From assembly GCF_963921235.1 (NCBI RefSeq), contig NC_086109.1:2108001-2172000 (forward strand): a stretch of 64,000 nucleotides of DNA, written 5' to 3'. This document shows, piece after piece, positions 1 through 13,148 of this stretch; positions within the stretch are counted from its first letter, which is position 1, and the number at the start of each line of letters is the position of its first letter. Source of the DNA: Mobula hypostoma (Eukaryota). The notes below the pieces were generated by a model. That model was not told where the DNA came from. It worked only from the letters and a program-made list of their open reading frames with translations, and did not search any database. The translations under genes and the position numbers were made by a program.

Positions 1-620
1 TGGGGACAGTGTGACCCAGTGACTGACTGGGTGTGTGGGGACAGTGTGACCCAGTGACTGACTGGGTGTGTGGGGACAGTGACACCTAGTAACTGGGTGT
101 GTGGGGACAGTGTGACCCAGTGACTGACTGGGTGTGTGGGGACAGTGTGACCCAGTGACTGAGTGGGTGGGGACAGTGTGACACAGTGACTGACTGGGTG
201 TGTGGGGACAGTGTGACCCAGTGACTGACTGGGTGTGTGGGGACAGTGTGATCCAGTGACTGGGTGTGTGGGGACAGTGCGACTTAGTGACTGGGTGTGT
301 GGGGACAGTGCGACCCAGTGACTGACTGGGTGTGTGGGGACAGTGTGACCCAGTGACTGACTGGGTGTGTGGGGACAGTGTGACCCAGTGAATGGGTGTG
401 TGGGGACAGTGTGACCAAGTGACTGGGTGTGTGGGACAGTGCGACCTGGTGACTGGGTGGGTGGGGATAGTGTGACCCAGTGATTTGGTGTGGCGTGGGT
501 GCAGTGTACCCCAGCAACTGGGTGTGCAGGGACAGTGTACCCCAGTGATGGACTGTGCGGGAGGATAGGGTACCCCAGTGACTGGGAGTGTGAGGGCAGT
601 GTACCCCAGTGACCAGGTGT
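1..620. repeat. 35-bp minisatellite (tggggacagtgtgacccagtgactgactgggtgtg)n, truncated by the window start and decaying rightwards
   Basis: Unit is directly visible many times; the 284..517 ORF is just its translation. Confidence 0.95.
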
Positions 621-689
621 GTGCAGGATAAGGAACAGGAAATGGAGAGTCAAAGATCGAGTAGTGTGGTCAGCGCAATTTACTGCAGA

Positions 690-1690
690 TCCGTAAGACC
701 ATAAAATATAGGAGGAAATTTAAGACATTTAGCCCTTTGAGCCTGTTCCATCATTTAATTATTGTTGGTTCCTTATGCAGCCGCATTCTCCTGCCTTTTC
801 TCTGTAACTCTGAACTACTCTCCCAATTGAAAACCTTTCAATCTCATCCTTAAATTCCAGATTCCTGGCCTCTGGCTGAAAAAATTCCTTCTCACCGCAG
901 TTCCAAAAGCACATTTCTTTATTCCGAGTCTGTGCCCTTGTGTCCTGGACTCTCCCACTGACATAAACATCCTCTGCACCTTCATGTCATCCAGGCGTTT
1001 CAGTATCTGTTATGATTTAGTGAATCCTTTCCATCACCCTTCTGAAGTCCATCCCTTTCAGGCCCAAAGCTGCCAAACACTCATACCTGAAGACTTCCAC
1101 TCCCGTAATTATTCTTGTGAACATTATCTGGACCCTCTCCAGAGGCAGCACATATTTCCTTAGATACAGTACCCAAATTGTTCACAACATTCCATATGGG
1201 GTCTAAGCAACTTCTTATAAAGCCTCAGCAGTTCGTTCTTGCTATTATATCCACACCCTTTCCAAACTAAATACTAACAATGCATTCCCCTTCTTTAATA
1301 CTGACTCAACATGAATTGTCTGTCCATTTCATTCCAGGCTACAACATTATTCTTCCTCTCGGAGTGCACAAACTCTCATTTCTAAAAATTGTCTTCTTTG
1401 CCCATTCTCCCAACCTCTCCAAGTCCTGCAGCAGACTCGACCCTGTGCCTCTGTGACACCAACTGTACGTCCAGCTATCTTGATCCTGATATATCCACAA
1501 TGCCATCTGCTCCTTCATCGAGACCATTCATGTGTAATGTGAAAAGGTGCCGTGCCAGCCCAGAACCCTTTGATACTCCATTGGTCTGCGGCAGGTGTTC
1601 GAAAAAGAACATTTATATCCCCCTCTCTCTAACTTCTGCCAGTCAGACAATCTTCTATCCATGCTGTACCTTACCAACGATGCCATAGGC
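690..1690 (-). mobile_element. Degraded CR1 LINE, RT to 3' end
   Basis: Minus-strand ORF 1339..1527 contains LLQDLERLGEWAKK, a CR1 RT C-terminal motif. A CR1-like tail lies near 695-720. Confidence 0.7.
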
Positions 1691-1694
1691 TCTT

Positions 1695-2300
1695 AAAAAC
1701 ATAAGAACATAAGAAATAGGAGCAGGAGTAGGCCATCCAGCCCATCGAACCTGCCCCACCATTCAATAAGATCATGGCTGATCCGTATGTAAACTCATCG
1801 CCATCTACCTGCCTTTTCCCCATAACCCTTAATTCCCTTACTATGTAAAAACCTATTTAACTGTTTCTTAACTATATCTTGTGAGGAAGCCTCAACTGCT
1901 TCCCTGGGCAGAGAATTCCACAGATTCACCACTCTCTGGGAAAAACATTTTCTCCTCATCTCCATCCTAAATTTTCTCCCCTGAATCTTGAGGTAATATC
2001 CCCTAGTTCTCGTCTCACCGAGCAATGGAAACAACTTTTCTACTTCTATCTTATCTATCCCTTTCAAAATTTTGTATCATCTTGTTTAATAGCCTCGTGA
2101 GTGTAACTTTGTCAAATACCTTGTGAAAGTACTTGTAAATTGCTGGAGCTTATACCCTCCTTTCTCAGCTGGCCTGTTACGTTCTCAAATAATTAGAACA
2201 AAATTGTGCGAACTTCACCCTATTCTATCGCCTGCTTCCAAGTATCCTGAAATTTTATCTTTTATAATCGATTTAAAAACCTTCCCAATTGCCAAGTTCA
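1695..2300 (-). mobile_element. CR1 LINE 3' end
   Basis: ORF 1795..2067 (LFPLLGETRTRGYYLKI...FSQRVVNLWNSLP) is the CR1 ORF2 C-terminus. Reverse-complement tail aacataagaacataagaa at ~1698. Confidence 0.9.
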
Positions 2301-2369
2301 AGTGAACCATCTACTAGGGTTCAGGTGTTATTCAACCCTATTGCACAGGTCATCCTTCCCCAGAGCAGA

Positions 2370-2990
2370 TCCCAATGATCCAGAAATCAGAAGAGGTGAT
2401 GATAGGAGGTACAATGAGGTGGTAACTCCCAAGTTGCAGAAGGCAGGTAATTGGGTGACTGTCAGAAGACAGGGAAATGGGCAGCCAGTACAAAGTACCC
2501 CTGTGGCCAATCCCCTCAATAATGATGATACCTTGTTGGATGCTGTTGAGGGGGATGACCTACCGGAGTGGGGGGAAGGGATGGCAGGGGAGGTCCCACT
2601 ATGACCAGGTCTCTAGACTCTGGAACTACGGCCCAGAAGGGAATGGAAAAGACTGCAGTAGTGATAGGGAATTCCAAAGTTAAAGAAGTACAGAAGGTTT
2701 TCTGTGGACGTAATAGAACCCGGATGATATGTTGCCTCGCAGGTGCCATGGTCAGTTACATCTCAGATCGAGTCCATGGCATTCTAAAGGGAGAGGGTCA
2801 GCATCCAGAAGTCTTGGTACAAAATAGGATCATTGGGCAGAGAACTGTGCACCTGAGGACAGGTGCAGGGGGCAGGGGTTCAGATTTCTGGATCAAAGGG
2901 ATCTCTGCTGGGGAATCTATGACCTGTTCCAAAGGGATGGGTTGCACCCGAATCCAAGGGGAACCAATATCCTTGCAGGCAGTTCGTTAA
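2370..2990 (+). mobile_element. CR1 ORF1 remnant (SGNH esterase-like part)
   Basis: AVVIGNSKVK...RMICCLAGAMVSYISDRVHGILKGEGQHPEVLV resembles the CR1 ORF1 esterase domain; frameshifted. Confidence 0.7.
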
Positions 2991-3742
2991 AGATGTTGAA
3001 ATTTTTTTTTTACATTATTGGATAATTTACCCTTGTCTTTCCATCTTTTTTGCCTTATTGGTTTTACAATTGTTCCCCACTAGGTCTTAAAAGCTTCCTG
3101 CTAAACTTTGCCATATTGTATGCCTCCTTTGCTTTGCTTCTATGCTGCATCTGAATCCTTGTCCTCTCGATAGAGTGAGGGTCCAACCCCACTGGGACTG
3201 TGGAACAAGAACAGAAGTTCCACCGGGATAGAAACCCACTCCCAACCTCCTCACTCTGCATTGGGTCTGGGCTCCATTACCCAATAACTGGGTCTGTGGC
3301 GAGGTACTAGATGTCCAGGTGAAGGGGGTGGCTTGTGTTGCAGTCTTCCTCAGTGGCTACCTGTGAGCTGGGGACTCCCTCCTGGGATGCTGGCATCTGT
3401 GGTCTCTTTCAAGGGAGTCTGTGCTTGGTGTCTCCCTCGGGGGGGATACCAGAACCCAGACTGATCCACTGTTCAGCCCTGATGTCCCCACCGAGTCGAT
3501 GGGACAGAGTGCTGTGGCCAACTCCTTTCCCCCAACTCCTCTCCACAGCCCTCTACCCAGTTCAACTCCTCCTCCCAAACCTCACACTCTTGCCCCAGCC
3601 TGAACCTTATTCCTGAGGTGGGACCCCATGTCCTCAGGGTCGGAATGGGAGACACTTGCCTGCAGACCGAGCCCCTCCTGCTGCTATTCCTGGCTAGAGT
3701 TTTCGGTACTGGATTTTTTTTTGGGGGGGAGGAGACACCTAC

Positions 3743-3928
3743 CGTCAGGTGTACCAGATTTCTTTCCCTTACTTCTGTTCCCACGTGAGCAAGAATCATG
3801 CAGCTTTATGCAGCTTTTATCATAAACCAGATACAGAATGACGATTACGACGAGGATGAGGATGAGGATCACGATGAGGATCACGGTGGCAACCTTCCAA
3901 CCATTGTATGATGTTCTGAGATCTGGAT
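3743..3928 (-). CDS. Gene A transmembrane/juxtamembrane exon: (D)PDLRTSYNGWKVATVILIVILILILVVIVILYLVYDKSCIKLHDSCSRGNRSKGKKSGTPD
   Basis: Acceptor ttttatctccccag|AT at 3929/3928 and donor GACG|gtaggt at 3743/3742; 186 nt, phase 1-1. Encodes a hydrophobic helix of about 23 residues. Homologous to 61318-61470, including the flanking intron. Confidence 0.85.
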
Positions 3929-4840
3929 CTGGGGAGATAAAAGATTTTGTCATTAATCCCATCCTTACACTCCCAGTGACAAGGAATTGATGGATCCAGT
4001 CCATCCCACCACAGGGCAGAGAAAACTCCCTGTCACTGCAACACCGTGCCCCAGTCCTCTGTAGTCAGCCCCACATCACTCTGCTCCACCACCCCGCTCA
4101 CCTTGAATATCTCCATCCCCTCCAAACAGCCCCTCATCACTCCACTCCATATCGCCCCTTCTAATTGTAGTCTCCAATGTCTCTGACAGTATCCTCAATG
4201 ATGTTAGTCCAGCATCCTCACTCAGACCCTCAGTAACCCCTCTCCCCCAGCACACTCTGACTGACTGACTGCCTCTAGTATGAAACGGTGACACAGTCCT
4301 CCCACACTCACAGGACAGGAATTAGACACAGAGGCAAGATCCGTTCACACTGACCCATCACCCACTCGCAGAGCCTGAGTTAGTTGCAGGAATCTGCGCT
4401 CAGTCGGTATATGGAAAGCTGTGGAGATGGAGGGAGGTGATCTGTCTCCCTCTGACTGATGCTGGTGGGAAAGAGGGGAGGGGGTAGTAGGTGGAGATGA
4501 CAATGTTCCTTACACTCTATGATTGGTGTCTGTGGAATGAAATACTGTTGGTAGAGGCTGGAAGATCACCTGGGTGTGACCCTGAAAGAGTGAGATGGTA
4601 AAGTGCACAGCCCAGGTCAGCAGGGCCTCTCTGCATGAAGAAGATTGATTTTTATATCAGGGGCTTTTGTGAGGCCTCAACAATCCTGGGTGAAGAGGCC
4701 GCACAAAGTCAAAGACACAGCACAGGAGGGCAGGAACAGATCCCCCAACCCACACTTCCACTCCCTGCCCCACAATAATTTATCTCTTCCCCCGCTGTGC
4801 TGTTGTTACTGGATTGTACTGTGGTTGTATCTCCTAATGT

Positions 4841-5215
4841 CTGTGGACCTGATGGTCATTGCATTCTCACCACTGGTGGGACACTCCCATAGTTACATCA
4901 CTGTGGACATGGCGGACGGCTTATATTCTCTGGTGGTGGGACCCTCCCACAATTACTACTGTGGACCTGATGGACATCTCTCACCGGTGGTGGTACCATT
5001 CCATTGTTACACCACTGTGGGCCTGGGGAACAGTTCATTCTCTCTGGTGGTAGGATGTTCCCACAGTTACACCACTGTGGGCCTGGGGGACAGATCATTC
5101 TCTCTGACGTGGGACGATCTCACAGTTATACTACTGTGGACCTGGTGGACAGATCATTCTTTCTGGTGGTGGGACGTTCCCACAGTTACACCACTGTGGA
5201 CGCAATGGATACCTC
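4841..5215. repeat. ~60-bp minisatellite, about 6 diverged copies
   Basis: Recurring cccacagttacaccactgtgg(a/g)cctgg unit; ORF 4645..5229 is its translation. Confidence 0.9.
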
Positions 5216-5319
5216 GCTTTCTCCAGTGAGTGATTATCGGACACCCAGTGATATTGCAGCTTCATTCATTCATGTTTCACAGTCGCTGTTCAAACTATTA
5301 TGAAAGAGTGTGGAGAGAA

Positions 5320-5988
5320 ACTATGGTCACACCAACATGAACCTCAAAGTCTGTTTAAAGGGAATGGTTGAGATTGTTGTCTCTTTTGCAACTGTCACAG
5401 CATTGGAAATGTAGGGTTAGACCAAGCTCAGCCTGACAATCGAGTGGATTATGTTGCTTGCCATCAGGAGAACACCTGTAATTAGGACATTGTAGCCATT
5501 TGGAAGACATGATTGCAGGAGGGGCAAGACTGGCAGCTCAATATTACGGGGTTCCGTTGTTTTAGATGTGACAGAGTGGGAGGGATTAAAGGAGGAGGGC
5601 TGGCGTTACTAGTCAGAGAGAATATCACCGCAGAGCTCCATCAGGATTGACTCGAGATCTTGACTAGTGAGGCCTTATGGGCGAACTGAAAAATCAAAAA
5701 AGGATGACCATGTTAATGGGGCTAAATTACAAAATGGCCAATAGTCCGTGGGACTTAGAGGAACAAATTTATAGAGAGCTCGCAGGCTGTTGCCAGAAAC
5801 ACAAGGTTCTTGTAGTAGGTGATTTTAACTTTCCACATAATGGCTGGGAATCCCATACTGTAAAAGGACGAGATGGGATAGAGTTTGTCAAATGTGTTCA
5901 GGAAAGTTTCCTTCATCAGTGTATAGAAGTCCCAACGAGAGTTGCTGATACTTAGTCTGCTATTAGGAAATGAGACAGGGCAGATAAC
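5320..5988 (+). mobile_element. CR1 ORF2 endonuclease region, left part of an element split by the hAT insertion
   Basis: ORF 5677..5955 (VLVVGDFNFPHNGWESHTVKGRDGIEFVKCVQESFL) is an APE endonuclease; the reading resumes at 9515. Confidence 0.85.
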
Positions 5989-8900
5989 CAGGGGCAGCGC
6001 TAGGGTGGTGCTAGCTGGGGCTATAGCCCCAGCAGAAATTGCAATAGCCCCACCATAGCACCACCAAGAAATTAACTGCAGCTGCTTTGCTTTCTCTGTA
6101 CAGTTTTGAATACAACTTGTTTCTCCAGTTGATCTAGTGAAACAGTGTCCCCAATTACCAGAGCACCCACGCAGCAATAAAGTTATAAACTCTGTCAGAT
6201 CCACTCTACACTTCTGCTTATTCGTTCGTTGTCAATGTCTTGCCGTTGCTGTCCTCTGATCAGTTAAGCTGATCTAAGATCACTTAAGGTGATGATGTCA
6301 CTCACTCTCACTCACGCGAGAGATTGATAGTATACATCCAGGCGCAGATCCGTGGTCTCGCAAGATTAACGGATGCCACGCGCACATTGTGCTTTTAGAA
6401 GCGAGCGTGGGCCTGGCACATGCATTATTTTGGCCGACGTGAAAAATGGATCCAGTTTTAGTGAGAAAACGACCTCATCCAGAGGAATCAGTGATGGCTC
6501 AGCCTGAGCATGTCTTAATTGAAAGTGACATGCAGAAAGAAGTAAGTGGGGATGAGGACGACAGCAGTTCATCAAAGGAGTGTGAGGGCGAAGTAGAGGA
6601 ACGAGAAATGGAGCAGGATTCGGAAGAGAACATGGATGAAGCTGCTCTTAGTGCGAGTGGGAATACTGTTAGCGATGTCAGCCAGCAGCCTGAGGAAGGA
6701 CCCCGTCGGCCAGCATTGAAAAAGTACCCTTCGCTGCTCGCAACAGTTTGGCAATCAGCAAAGGATTTTTATTCGTGGCTGGTTTGACCTGTACTCCTGG
6801 CTGGAATATTCAATCACAAAAGATGCTGCATTCTGCTTCGCATGCAGGCATTTCCTGTGTGGAGGACGTGGGTTCCATTCTAAGTCTACCTTCACTGTCA
6901 CCGGTTACTGCAACTGGCGGAAAGCTACAACAGTTTTCATACCCACCATGTAAGTGCAGCTCATAAGTTTGCAATGGAGGCATGGGCCGAATTCAGATTG
7001 AGAAAATAAGACGGTTCAAGATTGGGAAATATGCTTGATAAAGGATATGCAAAGATTGTCCAAGAAAATCGTGAGTATATGAGAGCAGTGGTTGAGTTTC
7101 TATGCTATACTGCGTGCCAAGGCATTGCCCAGCGAGGACACTGGGAGAATGATGGATCTGGCAATAGGGGAAACTTTGCTGAGTTGCTCAGTGTAATTCA
7201 GAAGTTTGATAAGACTGTAGCTAAAAAAAAAGAGGACAATCCTGTAAATGCAAAAGACACCCATCACGATATCCAAAATGAAATTATGGGTATTATGGCA
7301 GATATGGTCAGATGTCAAGTAAGTGCAGAAACCAAGGAGGCTGGATATTTTGCCATCATGGTGAATTAAGGTAAAGACTTGAGTAAAAAGGAGCAAATAT
7401 CAGTGGCGGTGCGGTATTTGAATAACGAAACAGTGCTTGAAGAATTCTTGCACTTCACTCCAGTAGAAGGGTTGGACGCAGAGTCGCTTCTTAAAAGCAT
7501 TGAACAGACACTCGCCCAGTGTGTTATTGATAAGAACGTATGTATAGGTCAGTGTTATGACGGGGCGGCAGTGATGTCCGGGTGCAGTAATGGGGTACAA
7601 GAGAGGTTCAGGAAAGAGGTCCCGCAGGCATTATATATACACTGCCATGCTCACAGACTTAACCTTGTTTTAGTGGATGTTGTGAGCAATGTACAACAAG
7701 CGGGCGGGCGAGTTTTTTGAAACTGTGCAGCTGCTTTACAACTTCTTTTCAAACTCTGTTGCCCATGATCTTTTCATGAAGAAGCAGAGAGAACTGGAAC
7801 CAACTGCACAGCTCGTGGAGTTGAAGAAATTGTCAGATACACGCTGGACATGGCAGTATACAGCTTTGTGGGCTATAAGGAAATCACTCCCTGCCATTCT
7901 AGCTACACTACAGGATATTATGGGTCAACCAAATGCACAGAGGAGGATGGAGGCCAGAGCTGTAAATGGTCTGATTGACGAGCAGTTTGCTTTACTTCTC
8001 ACTCTGTTTGAGGATTTATTCTGAGTCACAAGTTCATGTCAGACCAGCTACAATCTCCCAGTTTGGAGCTTTCATCCGCTGTGGACTTGGCTCAGTCTGT
8101 TATCGATGCACTCTCAGCAAAACGGGGAGAGGAATCATGGAGTGAAATTCAGACAAGAACCAGGGACCTGTGCGTCAAGGCCGGTATACAGAGCAGACCA
8201 CATGAAAGGAGACAGGCCCAGCCACCCCGCCGCCTACATGATTTTGTTGTTGGGGCCCAAAATGAACGCACACCTGTCACATCCTCTGATGACCTTCGCA
8301 ACCACTGTTTCTATCCAGTTATGGACAGACTTCTGACTGAAATGAAAAGACAGTTCTTAATTGAGAATGGGGGTGTTCTGACTGGAGTCTCAGCATTGAG
8401 TCCCAAACACAAGTCCTTCCTAGACAAGAATTGTCTTTGGCCAGTGGCCCAATACTATGGAGTGACTGAAGTGAACCTGAATGCAGAGCTACATCAGGTT
8501 CAGCGTCTGCTGGAAACAAAACAAAAGCAAGGACAGAGAGTGAATGACACAGTGGAGTTTCTAGCTCTAATGAGACCCTACGGCGATGCATTTATAGATT
8601 TATACAAACTGCAAACGGAGTTTCTCTTGCCTCAGACCCCTCAAAAACTACTTAAGGAATAGCAGCGGCGATGCTCGGAACAGCAACTTAGCCCTGTTGG
8701 CCATAAACAGCCGGAGGACGAAAGCACTTGACATCCAGAAAATCATTGATGGTTTCGCCACCAATCAGAACAACAGACGGATTTCACTTCTCTGAAAACA
8801 TTAATGGTGAGTGCAGTTGATTTTTTAAAAATTTGGGCCAAGACAAATGCTGATTATTGTTATTATTTTGTGGTGGATACCCCATAGTCCTTATGTTTCC

Positions 8901-9514
8901 TGCAAATCCTAAAAGATTACATTTACTGCTATTAAGCCTACTGGTTTTGCTTAGACATTCAAGCGGTGATTACGTTGATTTTTGTATTAAATTCAATAGC
9001 CGAATTAATTGAGGTATTGCATGGTCAGAGTACGATTTGTCCAACTCCTGGTAAAGTCTTGCATCTGTTGTTTGCCTTATTTGACTTGAATAACAGTGTA
9101 TCTTTTGGCATTGCTGTCTATGTAATGCGAATAGCAGTGGATTCGTGTTGTGTTTTTCAGTTGAAAAGCAGCCATTTGACGCTGATTGCGGGATTGGTGC
9201 ATGATTCACGTTGTCCACGGTTGCTCAGATGCTCTGTTTGTTTTTTTTTTGTTTATGCTCTGTGTAGCCCGGGTTGTCTCCAATGCTGTTGACACTGTCA
9301 CAGTTCACTTCTATATCAGATCTATCGATTGCTGTTGCTTGTGAATCAACAGAGGCATTTGTAGTAGGCACATAATGCTTGAAACTGACTTTTTAACACC
9401 TCGCATCTGGCCTTGCGAATACATACTTCCATACAGTGCATCCCTCAGCACCATCACTGAATCATTCAGCCCCTCCGTAGCACCAGCAAGGAAAAACCTC
9501 TGGTACTGCCGCTG
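5989..9514 (+). mobile_element. hAT DNA transposon (ZMYM1/DUF4371-like transposase), near full length
   Basis: Imperfect TIRs caggggcagcgctagg at 5989 and (rc) cagcggcagtaccaga at 9514. 8-bp TSD cagataac (5981-5988) / cagatgac (9515-9522). Subterminal agcccc repeats. Host CR1 is continuous across the insertion. Confidence 0.92.
6446..8795 (+). pseudogene. Disrupted hAT transposase: TTF-type zinc finger, DUF4371-like region, RNase H-like core, hATC dimerisation region
   Basis: Consecutive ORF pieces 6446-8662 contain SWLEYS...AFCFACRHF, GHWEND...GNFAELL, CYDGAAVM, YIHCHAHRLNLVLVD and LSDTRW, plus a C-terminal ERSFS-like motif (CKRSFSCLR). Several stops and frameshifts, and a short deletion near 8610. 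Confidence 0.88.
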
Positions 9515-11730
9515 CAGATGACAGAAGTTTATGCAGAGGAACACTTTCTATCTAGTGACAACAATGCCATTAGTTTCAAAGTGAATATACAAAGAGGTGG
9601 TCCAATCACAAACAAGAAAAAATCTGCAGATGCTGGAAATCCAAACAACACCTACAAAATGCTAGAGGAACTTAGCTGGCCAGGCAGCATCCATGGAAAA
9701 GAGTACAGTTGACATTTCAGGCTGAGACCCTCAGGGTCGACAGTACTGTTTTCTTTAGGTGCTGCCTGACCTGTTGAGTTCCTCCCGCATTTTGCATATA
9801 ATACAAAGAGATAGGATCTGGTTTGTGAGTTGAGATCCTAAATTGGAGAAAGGCCAATTTTGATGGTATCAGAAATTATCTGGATAGTGTGGTTGGGACA
9901 GGCTATTTCTGACAAAGGTGTACTTGGAAAGTAGAAGGCCTTCAAAAATGAAATTTTGAGAATACAGAGATTTTATGTGCCTGTGAGAATAAAAGGTAAC
10001 GATAACATGTGTAGGGAACATGGGTTTTCAAGAGATCTTCAGCCCCCGTTTCAGAGATAAAAGGGGGTATATAGCAGGCATAGGCAAGTATGAACAAATG
10101 AGGTGCTTATGAAGTACAAGTAATGCAAGGGAAGACTTAAGACAGAAATTAGAAAGACTAAGAGAAGGTTTGAAGTTGCTCTAGCAGACAAGGTGAAGGA
10201 GAATCCTAAAGGATTCTACAGGTATGTTAAGAGCAAAAGGATTGCTAGGGACAACATTGGTTTGCTGGAAGACATGAATGGTAGTCCATGTGTGGAGCCA
10301 GAACAGATGGGGAGATGGGAAATGCATTCTTTGCATCTGTATTTACTCAGGGGGTGGATACAGAGTCTACAGAAGTGAGCCATAGGGGCAACTTCATGGA
10401 TCCTCCACAGATTACAGAGCAGGAGGTGTTTGCCACCCTGAGACAAATCAGCGTGGATAAATCCACAGCACCTGACAAGGTGTTCCCTCGGATCCTGTGG
10501 AAGCCAAGTGCAGAAATTTCCAGGGGCCGATCAGAGATATTTAAATCACCCTTAACTATAGGAGTGGTACCAAAGGATTGGAGGATAGCCAATGGTGTCT
10601 CACTGTTTAAAAAAGGCTCTGAGGGATCAGATATATCAGTAATTGGATAAATTTAGACTGATTAAGGATAGTCAGCAAGGCTTTGTACGTGGCAGGTCAT
10701 GTCTAATTAATCTTGTAAAGTTTTTATCGAGGAAGTTACCAAGAAAGTGGATGAAGACACAGTAGTGGATGTTGTCTACATAGATTTTAGAAAGCCATCT
10801 GACAAGGTCCCACATGGGAGTCTGGTCAAGAAGGTTCTGTTGCTTGGCATTCAGGATGAGAGAGTAAATTGGATTAGACATTGGTTTTGTGGAAGAAGCC
10901 AGAAAGTGGTAGTAGAGGGTTGCCTCTTGGACTGCAGGCCTGTAACTAGTGGTGTCCTAGTGGTGTCAATGCTGGGTCCTTCGTTGTTTGCCATCTGTAT
11001 CAATGATCTAAATAATCATGTGGATAACTAGATCAGCAAATTTGTGGATGACACAGTTTGGGGGTGTAGTGGACAGTGAGGAAAGATATCATGGATTGCA
11101 AAGTGATCTGTATCAGCTGGAAAAATGGACCCAAAAATGGCAGATGGAACTTAAGGCAGACAAGTACGAGGTTTGGCATTTCAGTAGGACCAACCAGAGC
11201 AGGCCTTACGCAGTGAATGTAGGGCACTGAGGACTGTGGTAGAACAAAGGGATCTGGGAATACAGATACATAATTCATTGAAAATGACATCACAGACAAA
11301 TGGGGTCATAAAGAAAGCTTTTGGCACATTGGCCTTCATAAGATGAGATGTTATGACGAAGTTGTATAAGACATCGGTGAGGCCTAATTTGGAGCATTGT
11401 GCGGAGTTTTGGTCACCTACCTCCAGGAAGGATGTAAACAGGGTTGAAAGAGTGAAGAAAAAATTTACAAGGCTGTTGCTGGGTTGGGAGGACCTGGGTT
11501 ATAAGGGAAGATTGAATAGATCACAACTGTTTTCTTTAGAATGTAGACAATTGGGAGGAGATTTATAAAGGTATACAAAATTATGAGGGTATAATAGGGT
11601 AAATACAAAGGCTTTTTCCACTGACGTTGGGTAGGACTCCCACCAGAGATCATTGGTTAAGGTTGAAAGGTTAGAAGTTTAAGGCAAAAATGAAGGGAAA
11701 CTTCTTCACTCAGAGGGTCACAAGATTTTG
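9515..11730 (+). mobile_element. CR1 ORF2, endonuclease end through RT to 3' region, degraded
   Basis: ORFs KENPKGFYRYVKSKR, VDVVYIDFRKPSDKVPH, KLYKTSVRPNLEHCAEFWSP. Confidence 0.88.
9610..9800. repeat. Penelope-derived palindromic repeat with a decayed hammerhead region
   Basis: aaatgctagaggaacttagctggccaggcagcatc...gctgcctgacctgttgagttcctcccgcatttt inverted arms; same family as 14930-15200 and 31875-32390. Confidence 0.7.
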
Positions 11731-11789
11731 GAATGAATCTATCAACCATAGCAAGTGCATCATCATCAGGGAAAATTTCAACTATACCC

Positions 11790-12090
11790 CCAAAGGGGGA
11801 TAGCTCCAGTCTCCATTGTGGCCAGACATCTGTGAAGAAGTTGAGGGAACTGGTCGGCTCCTTGGACTTTGTGGACATCTGGTGAAATGTTCTTCCTGAC
11901 TCAGCACCTTCACCTGGAGATCTGGAAGAGGAGCAGGGTCTGACTGACCATCTATATGTACAACAGGCACACACCTCCTGTCTCAGTGGCCTCCACCTGG
12001 CCAGTGTTGAGCTCAGACCAGAACCTGGTTTGGGTGGAGTTCAGTTCATTGCCTTTGCAAGTCAGATTCACACACTGCCACTGTAACACC
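11790..12090 (+). mobile_element. Tx1/L1-type APE endonuclease fragment
   Basis: Translates (with frameshifts) as VKKLRELVGSLDFVDIW...FTWRSG...DHLY...SSDQNLVWVEF, matching the DxWR..FTW..SRID..SDH order of these endonucleases. Confidence 0.5.
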
Positions 12091-12194
12091 TTGGGTGCGT
12101 CTGCTGTTCAGAGTTCAATTCCACCACCATTCTGTAAGGAGTCTCTGTACATCTTCTCTTGGGCTTCTGGTTTCTTCACAGAGTACAATTTTTT

Positions 12195-12640
12195 ATACTT
12201 TATACATTACCACCAGTCCCCTTTCCAAACGTCTCACACACACACCCATTAACGTCAGCCCCTTTCCAAACCTCTCACACACCTATTACCGTCAGTCCCC
12301 TTTCCAATCACCTCTCACACACACCCATTACGTCAGTCCCCTTTCCAAACCTCTCAAACACTTCCATTACGTCAGTCCCCTTTCCAAACCTCTCTCACAC
12401 ACCCATTACCATCAGTCTCCTTTCCAATCACCTCTCACACCCATTACCGTCAGTCCCCTTTCCAATCACGTCTCTCACACACACCCATTACCGTCAGTCC
12501 CCTTTCCAATCACGTCTCTCACACACACCCATTACCGTCAGTCCCCTTTCCAATCACCTGTCATATACCCATTGCTGTCAGTCCCCTTTTCAATCACCTC
12601 TCTCACGCACCCATTTCCATCAGTCCCCTCTCTGACTATT
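12195..12640. repeat. ~37-41-bp minisatellite (cagtcccctttccaatcacctctcacacacccattaccgt)n
   Basis: Directly visible, about 11 copies. Confidence 0.93.
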
Positions 12641-12825
12641 TCACACACTCCCAAAAGCAAATCCCTGGATTAGACCACACTGGGAGCACCAGGATCAGTT
12701 CTGGGCCCAGTAACACTGAGGGCACCAAACACATTTTGATGAGGGTTTCAGAGGGACCTTCTGGGAGCAGAACCAGGAGAACCTCAAAATGGTGAGCTGC
12801 CAGCTGGTGAAGCTGTAACACAGGG

Positions 12826-13148
12826 TGTTACGTACCAGCAGCAACAGATCACAAATGGAGTCAGGTTTTAATGTTAAAACCATTATCTTTATTAGTATCT
12901 ACTCAAAAATATAAGAGATTAAATGAAATAAACAGAAGTTAACAGTGTTATACGTGTGTGGCTCCCAAACTGTCAAGCTTAGGAATTGTTCTTAAAATCT
13001 TAACATGTCAAAATAGAAATGGTCCAATAACCCACGGAATAAATGATGGGAGAGATGTGTAACCAGGTTAAAATGTAGCGAGGGGGCAATCACGAAAAGT
13101 TCCACAGTTTTCACACTGGGTAAATGAAGTAACAGTCGCCGAAGATCT
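12826..13148 (-). repeat. Partial third LTR fused to a gag 5' fragment
   Basis: tgttacgtacc...gaagatct matches the left half of the other LTRs. ORF 12992..13276 repeats the gag N-terminus of 20544..20750. Confidence 0.88.

Noticed and set aside
3064-3215. Acceptor ttctgttcttgttccacag near 3210 as gene A's cytoplasmic exon (VPVGLDPH...AYNMAKF...)
   Set aside because: Most of the frame is decayed CR1 sequence and it has no counterpart in gene B. Cannot be supported without transcripts.
6446-8662. A host ZMYM1-like gene
   Set aside because: It is intronless, multiply disrupted and enclosed by TIRs and a TSD, so it is a transposon.
8966-9292. Matching ORFs at 8970..9218 and 39456..39836 as a conserved small protein
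   Set aside because: Both are translations of the same non-coding hAT subterminal DNA, with different starts and frame breaks.
1-12640. Regular repeats at 1-620, 4841-5215 and 12195-12640 (also 37249-37503) as CRISPR arrays or coding repeats
   Set aside because: They are head-to-tail units with no unique spacers, no cas genes, and vertebrate context.
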